Source: Terriglobia bacterium
GTDB lineage: Bacteria > Acidobacteriota > Terriglobia > JAJPHL01
Assembly: GCA_021325275.1 (NCBI GenBank)
Contig: JAJPHL010000032.1
Span: 165,082-229,081, forward strand
Direction: 5' to 3'
DNA: 64,000 nt
The notes beneath the pieces were generated by a model, which was given only the letters and a program-made list of their open reading frames with translations, searched no databases and was not told the DNA's origin. Both the position numbers and the translations under genes were made by a program. Of the stretch, positions 48,635-57,899 are shown in pieces. Every line of letters begins with the position of its first letter. The first letter of the stretch is position 1.

Positions 48635-49102
48635 TCACTCGTCCGAAAACGAAAGGACGCCGCGACCTCCCAATGCGAGCTTGTCTCCCAAGCTGACGTA
48701 GAAGCCATACAGCGCCAGCACCACGCAAAACACTACGCCGACCATCGCCTGCGGGAAATACCAATGCGATGGATGATACGTGAGCGGGAGCCACTCGATC
48801 CATCGCGCGGCTTCGAAGGCCACCAGCGCCAGCAGGCCCGCACGACACAACAGCGCCAGGCAAGCCGCCCAGATGAACGCAAAAACCAAGCCGTCATCGA
48901 AGAACTTGACCGGAGCGAAAAACAGAATCACCGCAATCTCGGCGATCCAACGCCGCTTGGTCAGCGTGCAGACCAGAAACAGAAAGAACACGACCGCCAG
49001 ATCGACGATCATATAAATCGCCGGGTGGCGCGGTTCGCCCCGATGGCGCGGGCGGATGCGCGATGGAAGCCGTGGGATTGGCGGAAGCATCGATGGCCGC
49101 AC
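48635..49102 (-). CDS. Hypothetical membrane protein; possibly the C-terminal part of a frameshifted zinc-ribbon/TM gene
   Basis: TM helices. A CPxCS...CPWCS zinc-ribbon ORF in another frame (start ~49166) runs into this frame. Confidence 0.35.
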   Translation of the reverse strand: MRPSMLPPIPRLPSRIRPRHRGEPRHPAIYMIVDLAVVFFLFLVCTLTKRRWIAEIAVILFFAPVKFFDDGLVFAFIWAACLALLCRAGLLALVAFEAARWIEWLPLTYHPSHWYFPQAMVGVVFCVVLALYGFYVSLGDKLALGGRGVLSFSDE

Positions 49103-49281
49103 TGCACCATGGGCACTGGAGCGCGTCGTCGGGCATCGTCTGCGAGCAGGCAGGACACACGATCATCGCTGTCCTCCACGAAGCTGGACCAACCACGATC
49201 TCAGAGTCCGGCGCACGGTTCCAAACACTACCACAGTGTCCAGTTGAAGCGGTCGGATGCTTTTCGCAGTAGACTGTTGAA

Positions 49282-50592
49282 ATGAAATTCGCGGCCTGCT
49301 CGCTCGCTGGACTCTTGGCGCTCGCCGTTTTTTCCGCACCCACTTCCGCGCAAGGCGGCGAAGTCGCCGCCGATCACGCCGAAAACTGGAAAGGCGACCT
49401 CGAGTTCATGCGTCACGAACTCTCCGGCAAAGCCGCCGGTTTGGGCCTCAATATCAAGCGCGACATGCACGGCGTCCTTCCGCACGGTCAGAAGAATTTC
49501 GAACAGCTTTATCCCAACTTCAACGCCGATCTCGAAGCGCTGGAGGGCGATTTGCCGAAGCTCGAGGACGGCGAGATTGTCCTGCGCATCATGAAGATCA
49601 TCGCGTCGGCGAACGTCGGCCACAACGCCGTGCAGCAGCCGGGAGCGCTTGGTTTCTACGCGAAGATCCCACTGCAATTCGGCTGGTATCCCGACGGCTT
49701 GGCGTTGGTGGGCGCGGCGGCGGAATACTCCAAGGCGCTCGGGGCGCATGTGCTGAAAATCGGCGACAAAACGCCCGATGAGGTATTGGCAGCCCTGGCG
49801 CCATATATCTCGCACGACAACGATGCTGGATTGAAGGAAAACGCGCCGCCGATGTTGCGTCCCGCGGCGGTGCTGAAACATTTGGGACTGATCGGCGCGG
49901 ACGGTCGAGTCGTGTTCACTCTGCGCAAGACCGGTGAAGAGCCGTTTCAATTGGCCGTGCGCCCAGGCGACCCGCGCGTGGCGCTGGTGAGCGTGTTAGA
50001 TGCCCTGCATGTGAAGATGCCGCTCTCGCGGACGCGGCAAAAAGACAATTATTGGTTTCAGTACCTCGCCGATTCCAACACCATGTTCATTCAGTACAAT
50101 CGCTCCACGAGCGATCCGGCGTTTCCGTTTCATCATTTCGCCTCCGACGTGCTGGCGGAGATTGATCGCTACGAAAAACCGCGCATCGTGGTGGATTTGC
50201 GATTCAATATCGGCGGCGACGCGCGTGTGATCGTGCCGTTGCGGGCGGGGCTCGAGCAGCGTGTGGCGCAGGAGAAACTCGGTTCCATCGTGATGCTCAT
50301 CGGTGGGGGAACGATGGGCACGGCGATGCTGAACGCCACCGAATTTCAAAGCTTCCTTCACGCGAAACTGGTGGGCGAAGCGACCGGCAGCAATGCATCG
50401 TCCTACGGAGATATGAAGACGCTCACGCTGCCGTTTTCACGATTGATCGTGCAATACACCACGAAGTATCTCGGCGAAAGAGCGCTTGGCGACGTGAACG
50501 TGCTGAAGCCCGATGTGGAAGTGCATCGCACTTTCGACGATATTCTCGCGGGCCGCGATCGCGCGCTGGAAGCGGCGATCGCAGTAAAGTAG
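49282..50592 (+). CDS. Secreted S41-family (tricorn-core/tail-specific-like) peptidase
   Basis: Signal peptide. VVDLRFNIGGD matches the S41 'DLRxNxGG' motif. Confidence 0.5.
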   Translation: MKFAACSLAGLLALAVFSAPTSAQGGEVAADHAENWKGDLEFMRHELSGKAAGLGLNIKRDMHGVLPHGQKNFEQLYPNFNADLEALEGDLPKLEDGEIVLRIMKIIASANVGHNAVQQPGALGFYAKIPLQFGWYPDGLALVGAAAEYSKALGAHVLKIGDKTPDEVLAALAPYISHDNDAGLKENAPPMLRPAAVLKHLGLIGADGRVVFTLRKTGEEPFQLAVRPGDPRVALVSVLDALHVKMPLSRTRQKDNYWFQYLADSNTMFIQYNRSTSDPAFPFHHFASDVLAEIDRYEKPRIVVDLRFNIGGDARVIVPLRAGLEQRVAQEKLGSIVMLIGGGTMGTAMLNATEFQSFLHAKLVGEATGSNASSYGDMKTLTLPFSRLIVQYTTKYLGERALGDVNVLKPDVEVHRTFDDILAGRDRALEAAIAVK

Positions 50593-50615
50593 GGTGAAGT
50601 AGTATACCGGCTGAA

Positions 50616-50807
50616 ATGATCGTGTCGATTGAACTCGACCGCGAGACCGACGGTCGCTGGATCGCCGAAGCCTTTGAACTGCCCGGCGTCATGGCCTACG
50701 GCGCAACACGCGAGGAAGCGATCAGCAACACAGAGAAGCTGGCGATCGAAGCAATCGCCGATCAGATCGCGCATGGCGAAAAACCGGCGTCATCGACTCA
50801 CTCTTAG
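50616..50807 (+). CDS. hicB: HicB-like (UPF0150) antitoxin, orphan
   Basis: MIVSIELDRETDGRWIAEAFELPGVMAYGATREEAISNTEKLAIEAI matches the HicB/UPF0150 RNase-H-like fold pattern. No adjacent hicA. Confidence 0.55.
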   Translation: MIVSIELDRETDGRWIAEAFELPGVMAYGATREEAISNTEKLAIEAIADQIAHGEKPASSTHS

Positions 50808-51012
50808 GCCGCCCTTTCAGGGCTTGCATTCTTATCCAACTCTACCTCGGGTGGCGCTTCGCTTGCCCTAGGCTAACGTAGGTCGGGCCGTCGGCCCTCC
50901 GGATTCAATATCAACCCAAGCCCCAAATTGGGGCGTGCCATGTCAGCCTAGGGCAGAGCGAAGCGACGCCCTAGGATAGGGCAAAGAAGACAAACGAGCC
51001 CTGAAAGGGCGA
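50807..51012. repeat. ~200-bp imperfect inverted repeat with nested palindromes; MITE-like element or structured RNA
   Basis: aggccgccctttcagggcttg... pairs with ...gagccctgaaagggcgacct. ggcgcttcgcttgccctaggcta pairs with cctagggcagagcgaagcgacgcc. Central palindrome ccccaaattgggg. Confidence 0.55.
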
Positions 51013-51034
51013 CCTAAAGTGGGCTGAGGCTTTG

Positions 51035-51802
51035 CTATTTGTGCCAGCCGTGTTCGCGTAGAAACTTCACCAACTCCGCCGGATGGTCCGTCTGGATTCC
51101 CGATGCGCCGCGGCGTACGGCATCTTCCCACGCTTGCGGATTGTCGAACATCCCCAGGCGATCCACGTAAATTTCCGCGTCCGCGTTGCGCGCCACCGCG
51201 ATCACGTCATCGCGAAAGTCGTTGGCGTCGAAGGCCATTACCTTGGGCGCGAGTTCCTCCACGATGTTCGCCGCCGTCGCCGCATTGACCGCTTCCGGCA
51301 TGATGCGGATTTTCCGATTTAGCTTTTTCACTTCGCGATGCAAGCCGAGCCCGCCGTAGACCACCACTTGATCCACCATACCGTGACGCTCGACGGCGTC
51401 GACCAGATCCTTGGCGGCGATGTTCTTGCAGTCGAGGTAAATCTTGATCTTGCCTTTGGCCACGTCGAACGCTTCGTCAAAGGTGGGCACTTGTGTGCCG
51501 GTGAAATCCGCCCACTTGGCGCCGGCGTCGAGCTTGCGGATTTCGTCAAACGTCATTTTAGCGACCGCGCCGTGACCATTGGTCATACGGTCGACCGTGG
51601 CATCGTGCATGAGGACGAATTTTCCGTCAGACGTGGTGCGAACGTCCAACTCGAAGTAGTCCGCACCCGCTTCGATGGCCGCGCGAAACGCCGGCAGTGT
51701 ATTCTCGGGATGACGAAGATGCTCACCGCGATGCGAAATCACGACGACTTGTTTGGGAGGGTCCTGCCACACCAAGGCCAAAAGAAAAAAAAGCAACGGC
51801 AT
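51035..51802 (-). CDS. Glycerophosphodiester phosphodiesterase
   Basis: GDPD motifs HRGEHLRHPENTLPAF and ADYFELDVRTTSDG. Signal peptide MPLLFFLLALVW. Confidence 0.75.
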   Translation of the reverse strand: MPLLFFLLALVWQDPPKQVVVISHRGEHLRHPENTLPAFRAAIEAGADYFELDVRTTSDGKFVLMHDATVDRMTNGHGAVAKMTFDEIRKLDAGAKWADFTGTQVPTFDEAFDVAKGKIKIYLDCKNIAAKDLVDAVERHGMVDQVVVYGGLGLHREVKKLNRKIRIMPEAVNAATAANIVEELAPKVMAFDANDFRDDVIAVARNADAEIYVDRLGMFDNPQAWEDAVRRGASGIQTDHPAELVKFLREHGWHK

Positions 51803-51834
51803 CGAAGAATCATAGCGCGGAATGAAACGTGCGA

Positions 51835-52257
51835 CTACGTGCGCAGACACAGCGCGCCGCGCGAAGCAAGCGCCTTGTCGAAAGTTACCAAGACGCCGTC
51901 CGCGGCTTCGGCAACAGCCAGCAACCAAGCATCCGCCCACACTTTGGGCGAGGCGGTTCGCGCGGTGGTCTTTTCGCGGAATCGTTTGTCGACGTCTGGA
52001 GGCTCCGCGACAAATAGCACTCGGCCGTCGTAATACAGGCGATCATACACGCGCCACGCTTCATTCATCGTCAGCGGCTTTTCGTCCATCGCGGCAGCCG
52101 TGGTCATCAAGCGAAGGAACCCAAGGTGTGTCAGGCGGCAAAATGCAATGGATCCGGTTTCCCGATCCCACCACGCTCGTGCGGCGGCAGCATGAATGTG
52201 CTCGGGCGCCGCAATCGCCAGCCAGAGATTGATATCAGGGAAGCTCAATGCGCTCAT
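51835..52257 (-). CDS. vapC: PIN-domain VapC toxin (second pair)
   Basis: N-terminal FPDINLWLA (Asp in a hydrophobic context) and C-terminal acidic residues. Overlaps the upstream antitoxin by 23 nt. Confidence 0.6.
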   Translation of the reverse strand: MSALSFPDINLWLAIAAPEHIHAAAARAWWDRETGSIAFCRLTHLGFLRLMTTAAAMDEKPLTMNEAWRVYDRLYYDGRVLFVAEPPDVDKRFREKTTARTASPKVWADAWLLAVAEAADGVLVTFDKALASRGALCLRT

Positions 52258-52486
52258 AGATCTCTTCGTTGGTAAGATGGATGCGCCGACCCGCAGGACG
52301 AATGAGCGGCGGATCGAGACGAAGCCGGCGTTTCGGGCGCGACGCTTTCGCCTCTTCCACGGCGCGTTTAATCCCTGCAAGGATGAGCTTGCGCGCGGAA
52401 CAGCCCTTGGACGCAGCGGCTTCGCGAACCCTGCGGTGAAGGTCGCGGGGCAAGTCGATCGAAGTGCGGATGGCATTCGACTTCAT
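52235..52486 (-). CDS. vapB: VapB-type antitoxin (RHH/CopG-like)
   Basis: IRTSIDLPRDLHRRVREAAASKG is a ribbon-helix-helix N-terminus. Start at the internal ATG 52486. Confidence 0.6.
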   Translation of the reverse strand: MKSNAIRTSIDLPRDLHRRVREAAASKGCSARKLILAGIKRAVEEAKASRPKRRLRLDPPLIRPAGRRIHLTNEEIYERIELP

Positions 52487-52547
52487 ACGTTGATTGTGCT
52501 GCAGTGACTTAAATAAGTCAACGGAAGGCCCTGACTGAGACTCCCGT

Positions 52548-52904
52548 ATGAATAACCCAAAAATCCGTTGGGGATGGATTGTGCTCGGCGGGCTCATCGC
52601 CGAAGTCGCGCTAATAATCGCGATTGTGCCTGCGGGCATGCGCCTGGGCGAAACGTTCCTGCATTACACCGCGCCGCCGGGATCGCTGATCACGTGTTTC
52701 CTCGCCGCGTGGTGGATTTGCCGGCGCATCGAATCACGCTTCGTGCTGCATGGAACGCTGGTGGGAGTAGTCGCCGCGCTGATCTACATCGCATTGACCC
52801 GCGCGCAGCCCGAGCCGCTTGCGTACATCATCGCGCACGTGTTGAAACTGGCAGGGGGCGCACTCGGTGGATTCGTCGCGCAACGGCGGCGGGCGTCCTA
52901 CTGA
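52548..52904 (+). CDS. Hypothetical membrane protein (3-4 TM)
   Basis: Hydrophobic helices. Confidence 0.45.
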   Translation: MNNPKIRWGWIVLGGLIAEVALIIAIVPAGMRLGETFLHYTAPPGSLITCFLAAWWICRRIESRFVLHGTLVGVVAALIYIALTRAQPEPLAYIIAHVLKLAGGALGGFVAQRRRASY

Positions 52905-53392
52905 TTGCGCGTGTAAACGACCTTGGTCATTCCAAAGAAGCTGTTCTTCTTCACTGGAAATTCCGACTCCAGCACGAAGACTCCCTTGGGTTGATCGCCC
53001 GGCGGATCGGGTTCCGCGGAGATCACGATGCCGAACGATTGCAGTTCCGTCTCGGCTTTCATTTCTTTGCCGGCGATCAGACCCAGGCGCGTGAATCCGC
53101 CTTTCGCGTCGACGGCCCACGCAACCCACACTTTGAATTCCGGCTTCACATCGGAGGGCGCCGGCAAGTTGTGCACGGAAATTTCCACACTGGTGGTCCG
53201 GTTGCGCGTCTTCTTGAACTTGTGCTTCACGTCGGCGGTGGCTTCGATGTGATCGAGCACGCCGGTGCGATAGAGCACCAGGCTCACATCTTGATCGGGA
53301 GGAAATTGCAGCACGTAGACAGAGCGGTCGGCATTCACGACCGCGCCAACGCACAAGACCGCGAGCAATCCTAAGGAAGCGCGAAGTTTCAT
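52898..53392 (-). CDS. Secreted hypothetical protein
   Basis: Signal peptide MKLRASLGLLAVLCVGAVVNA. Confidence 0.5.
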   Translation of the reverse strand: MKLRASLGLLAVLCVGAVVNADRSVYVLQFPPDQDVSLVLYRTGVLDHIEATADVKHKFKKTRNRTTSVEISVHNLPAPSDVKPEFKVWVAWAVDAKGGFTRLGLIAGKEMKAETELQSFGIVISAEPDPPGDQPKGVFVLESEFPVKKNSFFGMTKVVYTRNQ

Positions 53393-53401
53393 TCGATCGT
53401 C

Positions 53402-55324
53402 CTACGCCGGAGCCGGCCCGCTCTCGGAAAGTCCTGGCATGCGGCGCGGAACATCCGGCTTCACAACTTGCGGTTGCGGGCCGGGACCGCCGTCACCGCT
53501 CGGCGGCAGCAGTTTTTCAGGAAGCGGCTTGCCTTCGATGATCAAGCGCACTTCGTTGGCGTCGAGCACTTCGCGCTCCAGCAATTCTTCCGCGATGCGC
53601 ACCAGGTGCTGGCGTCCGTCTTGCAGGATTTTCTTGGCGCGATCGTAGCCGCTCTGCACGATGCGGCGCACTTCGCGATCGATGCGGATCGCCGTGTCCT
53701 CGGAGAAATCGCGATGCTGTGCGATTTCGCGGCCCAGGAAGATTTGCTCCTCCGTTTTGCCGAAAGCCAGCGGACCCAGCTCGCTCATGCCCCACTCGCA
53801 GACCATGCGGCGCGCCATGTCGGTGGCTTGCTCGATGTCGTTACCGGCGCCGGTGGTGATACTGCCCATCACCAACTCTTCGGCGACGCGGCCGCCCATG
53901 CAAATGGCCACGCGGCCTTCCAGAAATTCCTTGCTGTAGTTGTGCTTGTCGTCGGCGGGCAATTGCAGCGTGACGCCCAGCGCCATGCCGCGCGGAATAA
54001 TCGTGACCTTATGCAGTGGATCGGCGCCGGGAACCATCGCGGCGACCAGCGCGTGACCCGCTTCGTGATACGCCGTGATCTTCTTCTCGTCGTCCGAAAT
54101 GATTAACGACTTCCGCTCCACGCCCATGGTCACTTTATCCTTGGCGAGTTCGAGATCGTGCATCGCTACGCTCTTGCGATTGTAGCGGGCGGCGTTGAGG
54201 GCCGCTTCGTTCACAAGATTCGCCAGATCGGCCCCGGAGAATCCCGGCGTGCCGCGCGCCACGACGTTCAAATCCACATCGTCGGAGAGCGGAATCTTAC
54301 GCGTATGCACGCGCAGGATCATGTCGCGACCCTTCACGTCGGGGCGCGAAACCACCACGCGGCGATCGAAACGTCCGGGCCGCAACAGCGCGGGATCGAG
54401 CACGTCGGGGCGGTTCGTCGCGGCGATCAGGATCACGCCTTCGTTCGACTCGAAACCGTCCATTTCCACCAGCAATTGGTTCAGCGTTTGTTCGCGCTCA
54501 TCGTGTCCGCCGCCCAAGCCCGCGCCGCGATGACGTCCCACGGCGTCGATCTCATCGATGAAGATGATGCAGGGTGCGTTTTTCTTGCCTTGCTCGAACA
54601 GATCGCGCACGCGGCTCGCGCCGACGCCTACGAACATTTCCACGAAATCCGACCCCGAGATCGAGAAGAATGGCACGTTCGCTTCGCCGGCGATCGCCCG
54701 GGCGAGCAGCGTCTTGCCGGTTCCGGGAGGTCCCACGAGCAGCACGCCTTTCGGAATGCGTCCGCCGAGCTTTTGGAATTTTTGCGGCTCGCGCAGGAAT
54801 TCGATGATCTCTTGCAGTTCTTCCTTGGCTTCTTCCACGCCGGCCACGTCCTTGAACGTGACTTTCTTCTGTTGCGACGACAGCAAACGCGCGCGGCTCT
54901 TGCCGAAACTCAGCGCCTTGTTGCCGCCCGTCTGCATTTGGCGCAGCATGAAGATCCACAGGAACAAGAGCATCAAGATGGGCGCGGTGTTGATCAGCAG
55001 ACCCAAGCCCCAGCTCGAGGATTGCTCTTTGATCGTGACGGGAACGCCCTTGGCGAGCAGTTCCTTGATCATGTCGGGATAGTTGGCGGGAGCGGTGGTT
55101 TTGAACGCGGTGTGCTGCGCGTCGCCTTGCATCTTGCCGCGCACTTCGTTCGCTCCGGCGATCGTTACTTCGGTGATTTTCTTCTGATCCACCTTGTTCA
55201 TGAAGTCGGAGAAGGTGATTTCCTGCTCCTGCTGCGGCGCGCCTTGCTTCACTACCAAATAGAGAAGCACGACGGCGGCAACCATCACCACCCAGAAGAC
55301 GATTGTTTTGACTGTTGAGTTCAC
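53402..55324 (-). CDS. ftsH: ATP-dependent zinc metalloprotease FtsH
   Basis: Walker A ([18 protein letters not shown]), second region of homology, and HEAGHAL zinc site. Confidence 0.95.
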   Translation of the reverse strand: MNSTVKTIVFWVVMVAAVVLLYLVVKQGAPQQEQEITFSDFMNKVDQKKITEVTIAGANEVRGKMQGDAQHTAFKTTAPANYPDMIKELLAKGVPVTIKEQSSSWGLGLLINTAPILMLLFLWIFMLRQMQTGGNKALSFGKSRARLLSSQQKKVTFKDVAGVEEAKEELQEIIEFLREPQKFQKLGGRIPKGVLLVGPPGTGKTLLARAIAGEANVPFFSISGSDFVEMFVGVGASRVRDLFEQGKKNAPCIIFIDEIDAVGRHRGAGLGGGHDEREQTLNQLLVEMDGFESNEGVILIAATNRPDVLDPALLRPGRFDRRVVVSRPDVKGRDMILRVHTRKIPLSDDVDLNVVARGTPGFSGADLANLVNEAALNAARYNRKSVAMHDLELAKDKVTMGVERKSLIISDDEKKITAYHEAGHALVAAMVPGADPLHKVTIIPRGMALGVTLQLPADDKHNYSKEFLEGRVAICMGGRVAEELVMGSITTGAGNDIEQATDMARRMVCEWGMSELGPLAFGKTEEQIFLGREIAQHRDFSEDTAIRIDREVRRIVQSGYDRAKKILQDGRQHLVRIAEELLEREVLDANEVRLIIEGKPLPEKLLPPSGDGGPGPQPQVVKPDVPRRMPGLSESGPAPA

Positions 55325-55378
55325 GCTATCGCTCCAATCTCGTCACTTCGCCGGCGCGATCCCGTCGCACTCCGGCTC

Positions 55379-55927
55379 TTACCGCGCGGGCATGTTGGCC
55401 ACGTACGGCAGATTGCGGTACAAATTGCCGTCACCTAGTCCATAGCCCACCAGGAATCGTCCGCTTACGCGGAACGCCCAGTAATCCGGCTTCACGTCCA
55501 CGCGCCGTTCTTCCGGCTTATCGATCAGCACCGCTGTGCGCACCGATCGCGCACCTTTGCGTTGCATTTGCTGCACGAGATAATCCATGGTCAAGCCGGT
55601 GTGCAGCACCGCGTCCACTACCAGGAAATCGCTGCCTTCAATCGACACGATCGGCGTATGCACGATGTGACGGCGTTCATGCCCATTCTCGACCAGGTCC
55701 TTCGATTCGAGCTTCAGAAACTGGCAGACCACCGGAATCGTCAAGTGGCGGACCAAATCGCTCATGAACATGAAACCGTTGTCGAGCAACGCGGCCACGT
55801 GCAACGGACGTCCGTTCAATTCGCCGGCCAGTTGTTGCGAGATTTGCGACGCCAATTCGCGCACCCGATTCTGGATCTGCTCGGTGCTAAGAACCACGTC
55901 TTGGAAGGCTACTTGCTGGCTCGACAC
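55379..55927 (-). CDS. hpt: Hypoxanthine-guanine phosphoribosyltransferase
   Basis: PRPP-binding motif (FLVVDAVLHTGLTM) in a tilS-hpt-ftsH arrangement. Confidence 0.85.
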   Translation of the reverse strand: MSSQQVAFQDVVLSTEQIQNRVRELASQISQQLAGELNGRPLHVAALLDNGFMFMSDLVRHLTIPVVCQFLKLESKDLVENGHERRHIVHTPIVSIEGSDFLVVDAVLHTGLTMDYLVQQMQRKGARSVRTAVLIDKPEERRVDVKPDYWAFRVSGRFLVGYGLGDGNLYRNLPYVANMPAR

Positions 55928-56016
55928 ACTTTTTCCCTCGCCGATAATTCGGCAACTTACAATTATAGCAGTCGCCTTTCGGCGATCTTCAACTTATTCT
56001 CACAGGAACCATATAC

Positions 56017-57027
56017 TCAGGCGTGACCCGAAGAAGCCTGACCCGAAAAGGCCTGACCCGAAAAAGGCATGACCCGAAAGAGGAGGTAGCCAGGCATACG
56101 TTCCACGCGGAGGCCTGGGACCTCAATGATTCCCTTCCCGGAATGGGCGGCTTTTGGGTGAGCAAGCCCGCGAATGCGCTCTACATGATCGAACTCCAGG
56201 CGGAACCGACCGCCTTTCACCAAGGCGACGGCGGCACGAACCACTCGCCGTTGTTCGGCCTCACTTAATTGGACGAAGTTTTCGAGCAGAAGTTTCCGGC
56301 CCTCCGGCGCCTCGACAATTACGCGCAAGGAGAGCGCCTCGATATGTTCTTGCCAAAACGCTTCGTCGGCGCGAGCTACTTCGGCCGTGTGACCCAGGAT
56401 ATTGACAATGTTCGGGTTATAGTCGCGCTCCAGTTCGGGGATCAGCGCATGGCGCAGGCGATTGCGTAGGAAGCGCGGGTCGCTGTTTGTGGGATCTTCG
56501 CGCCACGCGAGTCCGCGGGACGCGGCCCAGGACCGCAGGGCTTCGCGGCGTGTTGTCAGCAGGGGACGCACGATCGCACCTTCTTCGATTTCCGGCAAAA
56601 TGCCCGCGAGGCCCGCAGGGCCGCCGCCGCGAAGGAGTCGCGCCAGGACCGTTTCGGCTTGATCGTCCGCGGTATGCGCGGTGGCGATTTTTCCGATTGC
56701 GTTTTGTCGCACAAGCTGGGAGAAAAACGCGTAGCGGTCGTGGCGGGCACGCGCTTCGACGTTCGATTCATGCGCGGACTCTGCGGCGGCGCCGAAAAAC
56801 TGGATGTTTCGTGACGCCGCGAGCGTTGCGACGAACTCGGCGTCGGCATCGGACTCCGCGCCGCGCAGGCGATGGTTGAAATGCGCGACGGATACGACGA
56901 TGCCCAGGCGGTCGCGCGCTTCCAGCAGCAATTCAAGCAGCGCGACAGAGTCCGCGCCGCCGGAAACGGCGGCGGCGACGCGATCGCCGGGCCGAAAGAA
57001 ACGCTCGGGATGGAAAACAACACCCAC
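56017..57027 (-). CDS. tilS: tRNA(Ile)-lysidine synthetase
   Basis: PP-loop SGGADS (AVSGGADSVALL). The C-terminal 15 codons are encoded by a tandem repeat. Confidence 0.85.
   Translation of the reverse strand: MGVVFHPERFFRPGDRVAAAVSGGADSVALLELLLEARDRLGIVVSVAHFNHRLRGAESDADAEFVATLAASRNIQFFGAAAESAHESNVEARARHDRYAFFSQLVRQNAIGKIATAHTADDQAETVLARLLRGGGPAGLAGILPEIEEGAIVRPLLTTRREALRSWAASRGLAWREDPTNSDPRFLRNRLRHALIPELERDYNPNIVNILGHTAEVARADEAFWQEHIEALSLRVIVEAPEGRKLLLENFVQLSEAEQRRVVRAAVALVKGGRFRLEFDHVERIRGLAHPKAAHSGKGIIEVPGLRVERMPGYLLFRVMPFSGQAFSGQASSGHA
56021..56082. repeat. 15/16-bp tandem repeat x4 (GCCTGACCCGAAAAG-like) forming the 3' coding end of tilS
   Basis: gcgtgacccgaagaa gcctgacccgaaaag gcctgacccgaaaaag gcatgacccgaaagag encodes ...PFSGQAFSGQASSGHA. 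Confidence 0.85.
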
Positions 57028-57033
57028 GTTGCG

Positions 57034-57705
57034 CTAATGCCAGATCGGCGTGAGATAGAAGCTGCGCGGCGCTTGGACGTTCGCTCCAGCCACGCGCACT
57101 TCGAGAGTGTGGAAAACGCCGGCGGCGATTCTCGATCCTCCGTGCGGCGACGGATCGGCGACGATGTGATATTGCGCCGCGAGATCGTCTTGAACGTCAC
57201 GCTCGGACGCCACGACGCGCCCCCCTGTTTCTTCGGCCAATGCGACAAGCTCCGTGTGCGCCAGTCTGCCCGGATCGCCGACGACGTAGATCATTGAACC
57301 GCGCGACTCGGCGAAAAAGTCCAGTTCCCAGCGGCGAACCGTCGTTAGCGCGGCTGGCGGCGCGCCGGCTAGCGCGGAAACCACCAGGATTTTTCGCACC
57401 GGCCGGCGATCAAACGTCCGCCAGAGTATTTCGTACGCGTCGGAATAAAGATTTTCGCTGCTCGTGATATGGACAACGATCGGCGGCGCGTCGGCGCGCG
57501 CCATTTGGCGAATCGGGCGTGGCGTGCCAGCCTCGAAAACCTGAAAGCGATCCTTCGCGAGATTCGTCACCGCGCGTCCCTGCGCGTCGCGGACCACGCA
57601 ATAGATGTCGATGCGATCCCAGGCGTTATCCCGTGCCGGCGCAGCCGCGTCCGAAAACACGAGCACGGCGGCACAACAGATCGCGAATGCCAAAGCCTTT
57701 CGCAT
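57034..57705 (-). CDS. Secreted protein resembling the VWFA-related Acidobacterial domain family
   Basis: Signal peptide. The segment DRIDIYCVVRDAQGRAVTNLAKDRFQVFEAGTPRPI parallels VRVDLVLLSVAVTDHGGHYIKDLKPTDFRIYEDGVPQKL of the 47530 gene. Confidence 0.45.
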   Translation of the reverse strand: MRKALAFAICCAAVLVFSDAAAPARDNAWDRIDIYCVVRDAQGRAVTNLAKDRFQVFEAGTPRPIRQMARADAPPIVVHITSSENLYSDAYEILWRTFDRRPVRKILVVSALAGAPPAALTTVRRWELDFFAESRGSMIYVVGDPGRLAHTELVALAEETGGRVVASERDVQDDLAAQYHIVADPSPHGGSRIAAGVFHTLEVRVAGANVQAPRSFYLTPIWH

Positions 57706-57899
57706 CGGCTTCAGTATACGGCACGTTGCTCCTTGTGGAGCGCGGCGACTTACCGCCGCCCACTAATCTTGGATGCGCGAGCCTTGGCAGCGAGACCCAA
57801 CCCGCGGTCAGTGGGTTCCCGCATGACTTCGTGCTAACCGGTTCGATGGTAGAAAGTCTACTATGATGGGTAGAATATCAACCCTCGTGGAGGAACACC

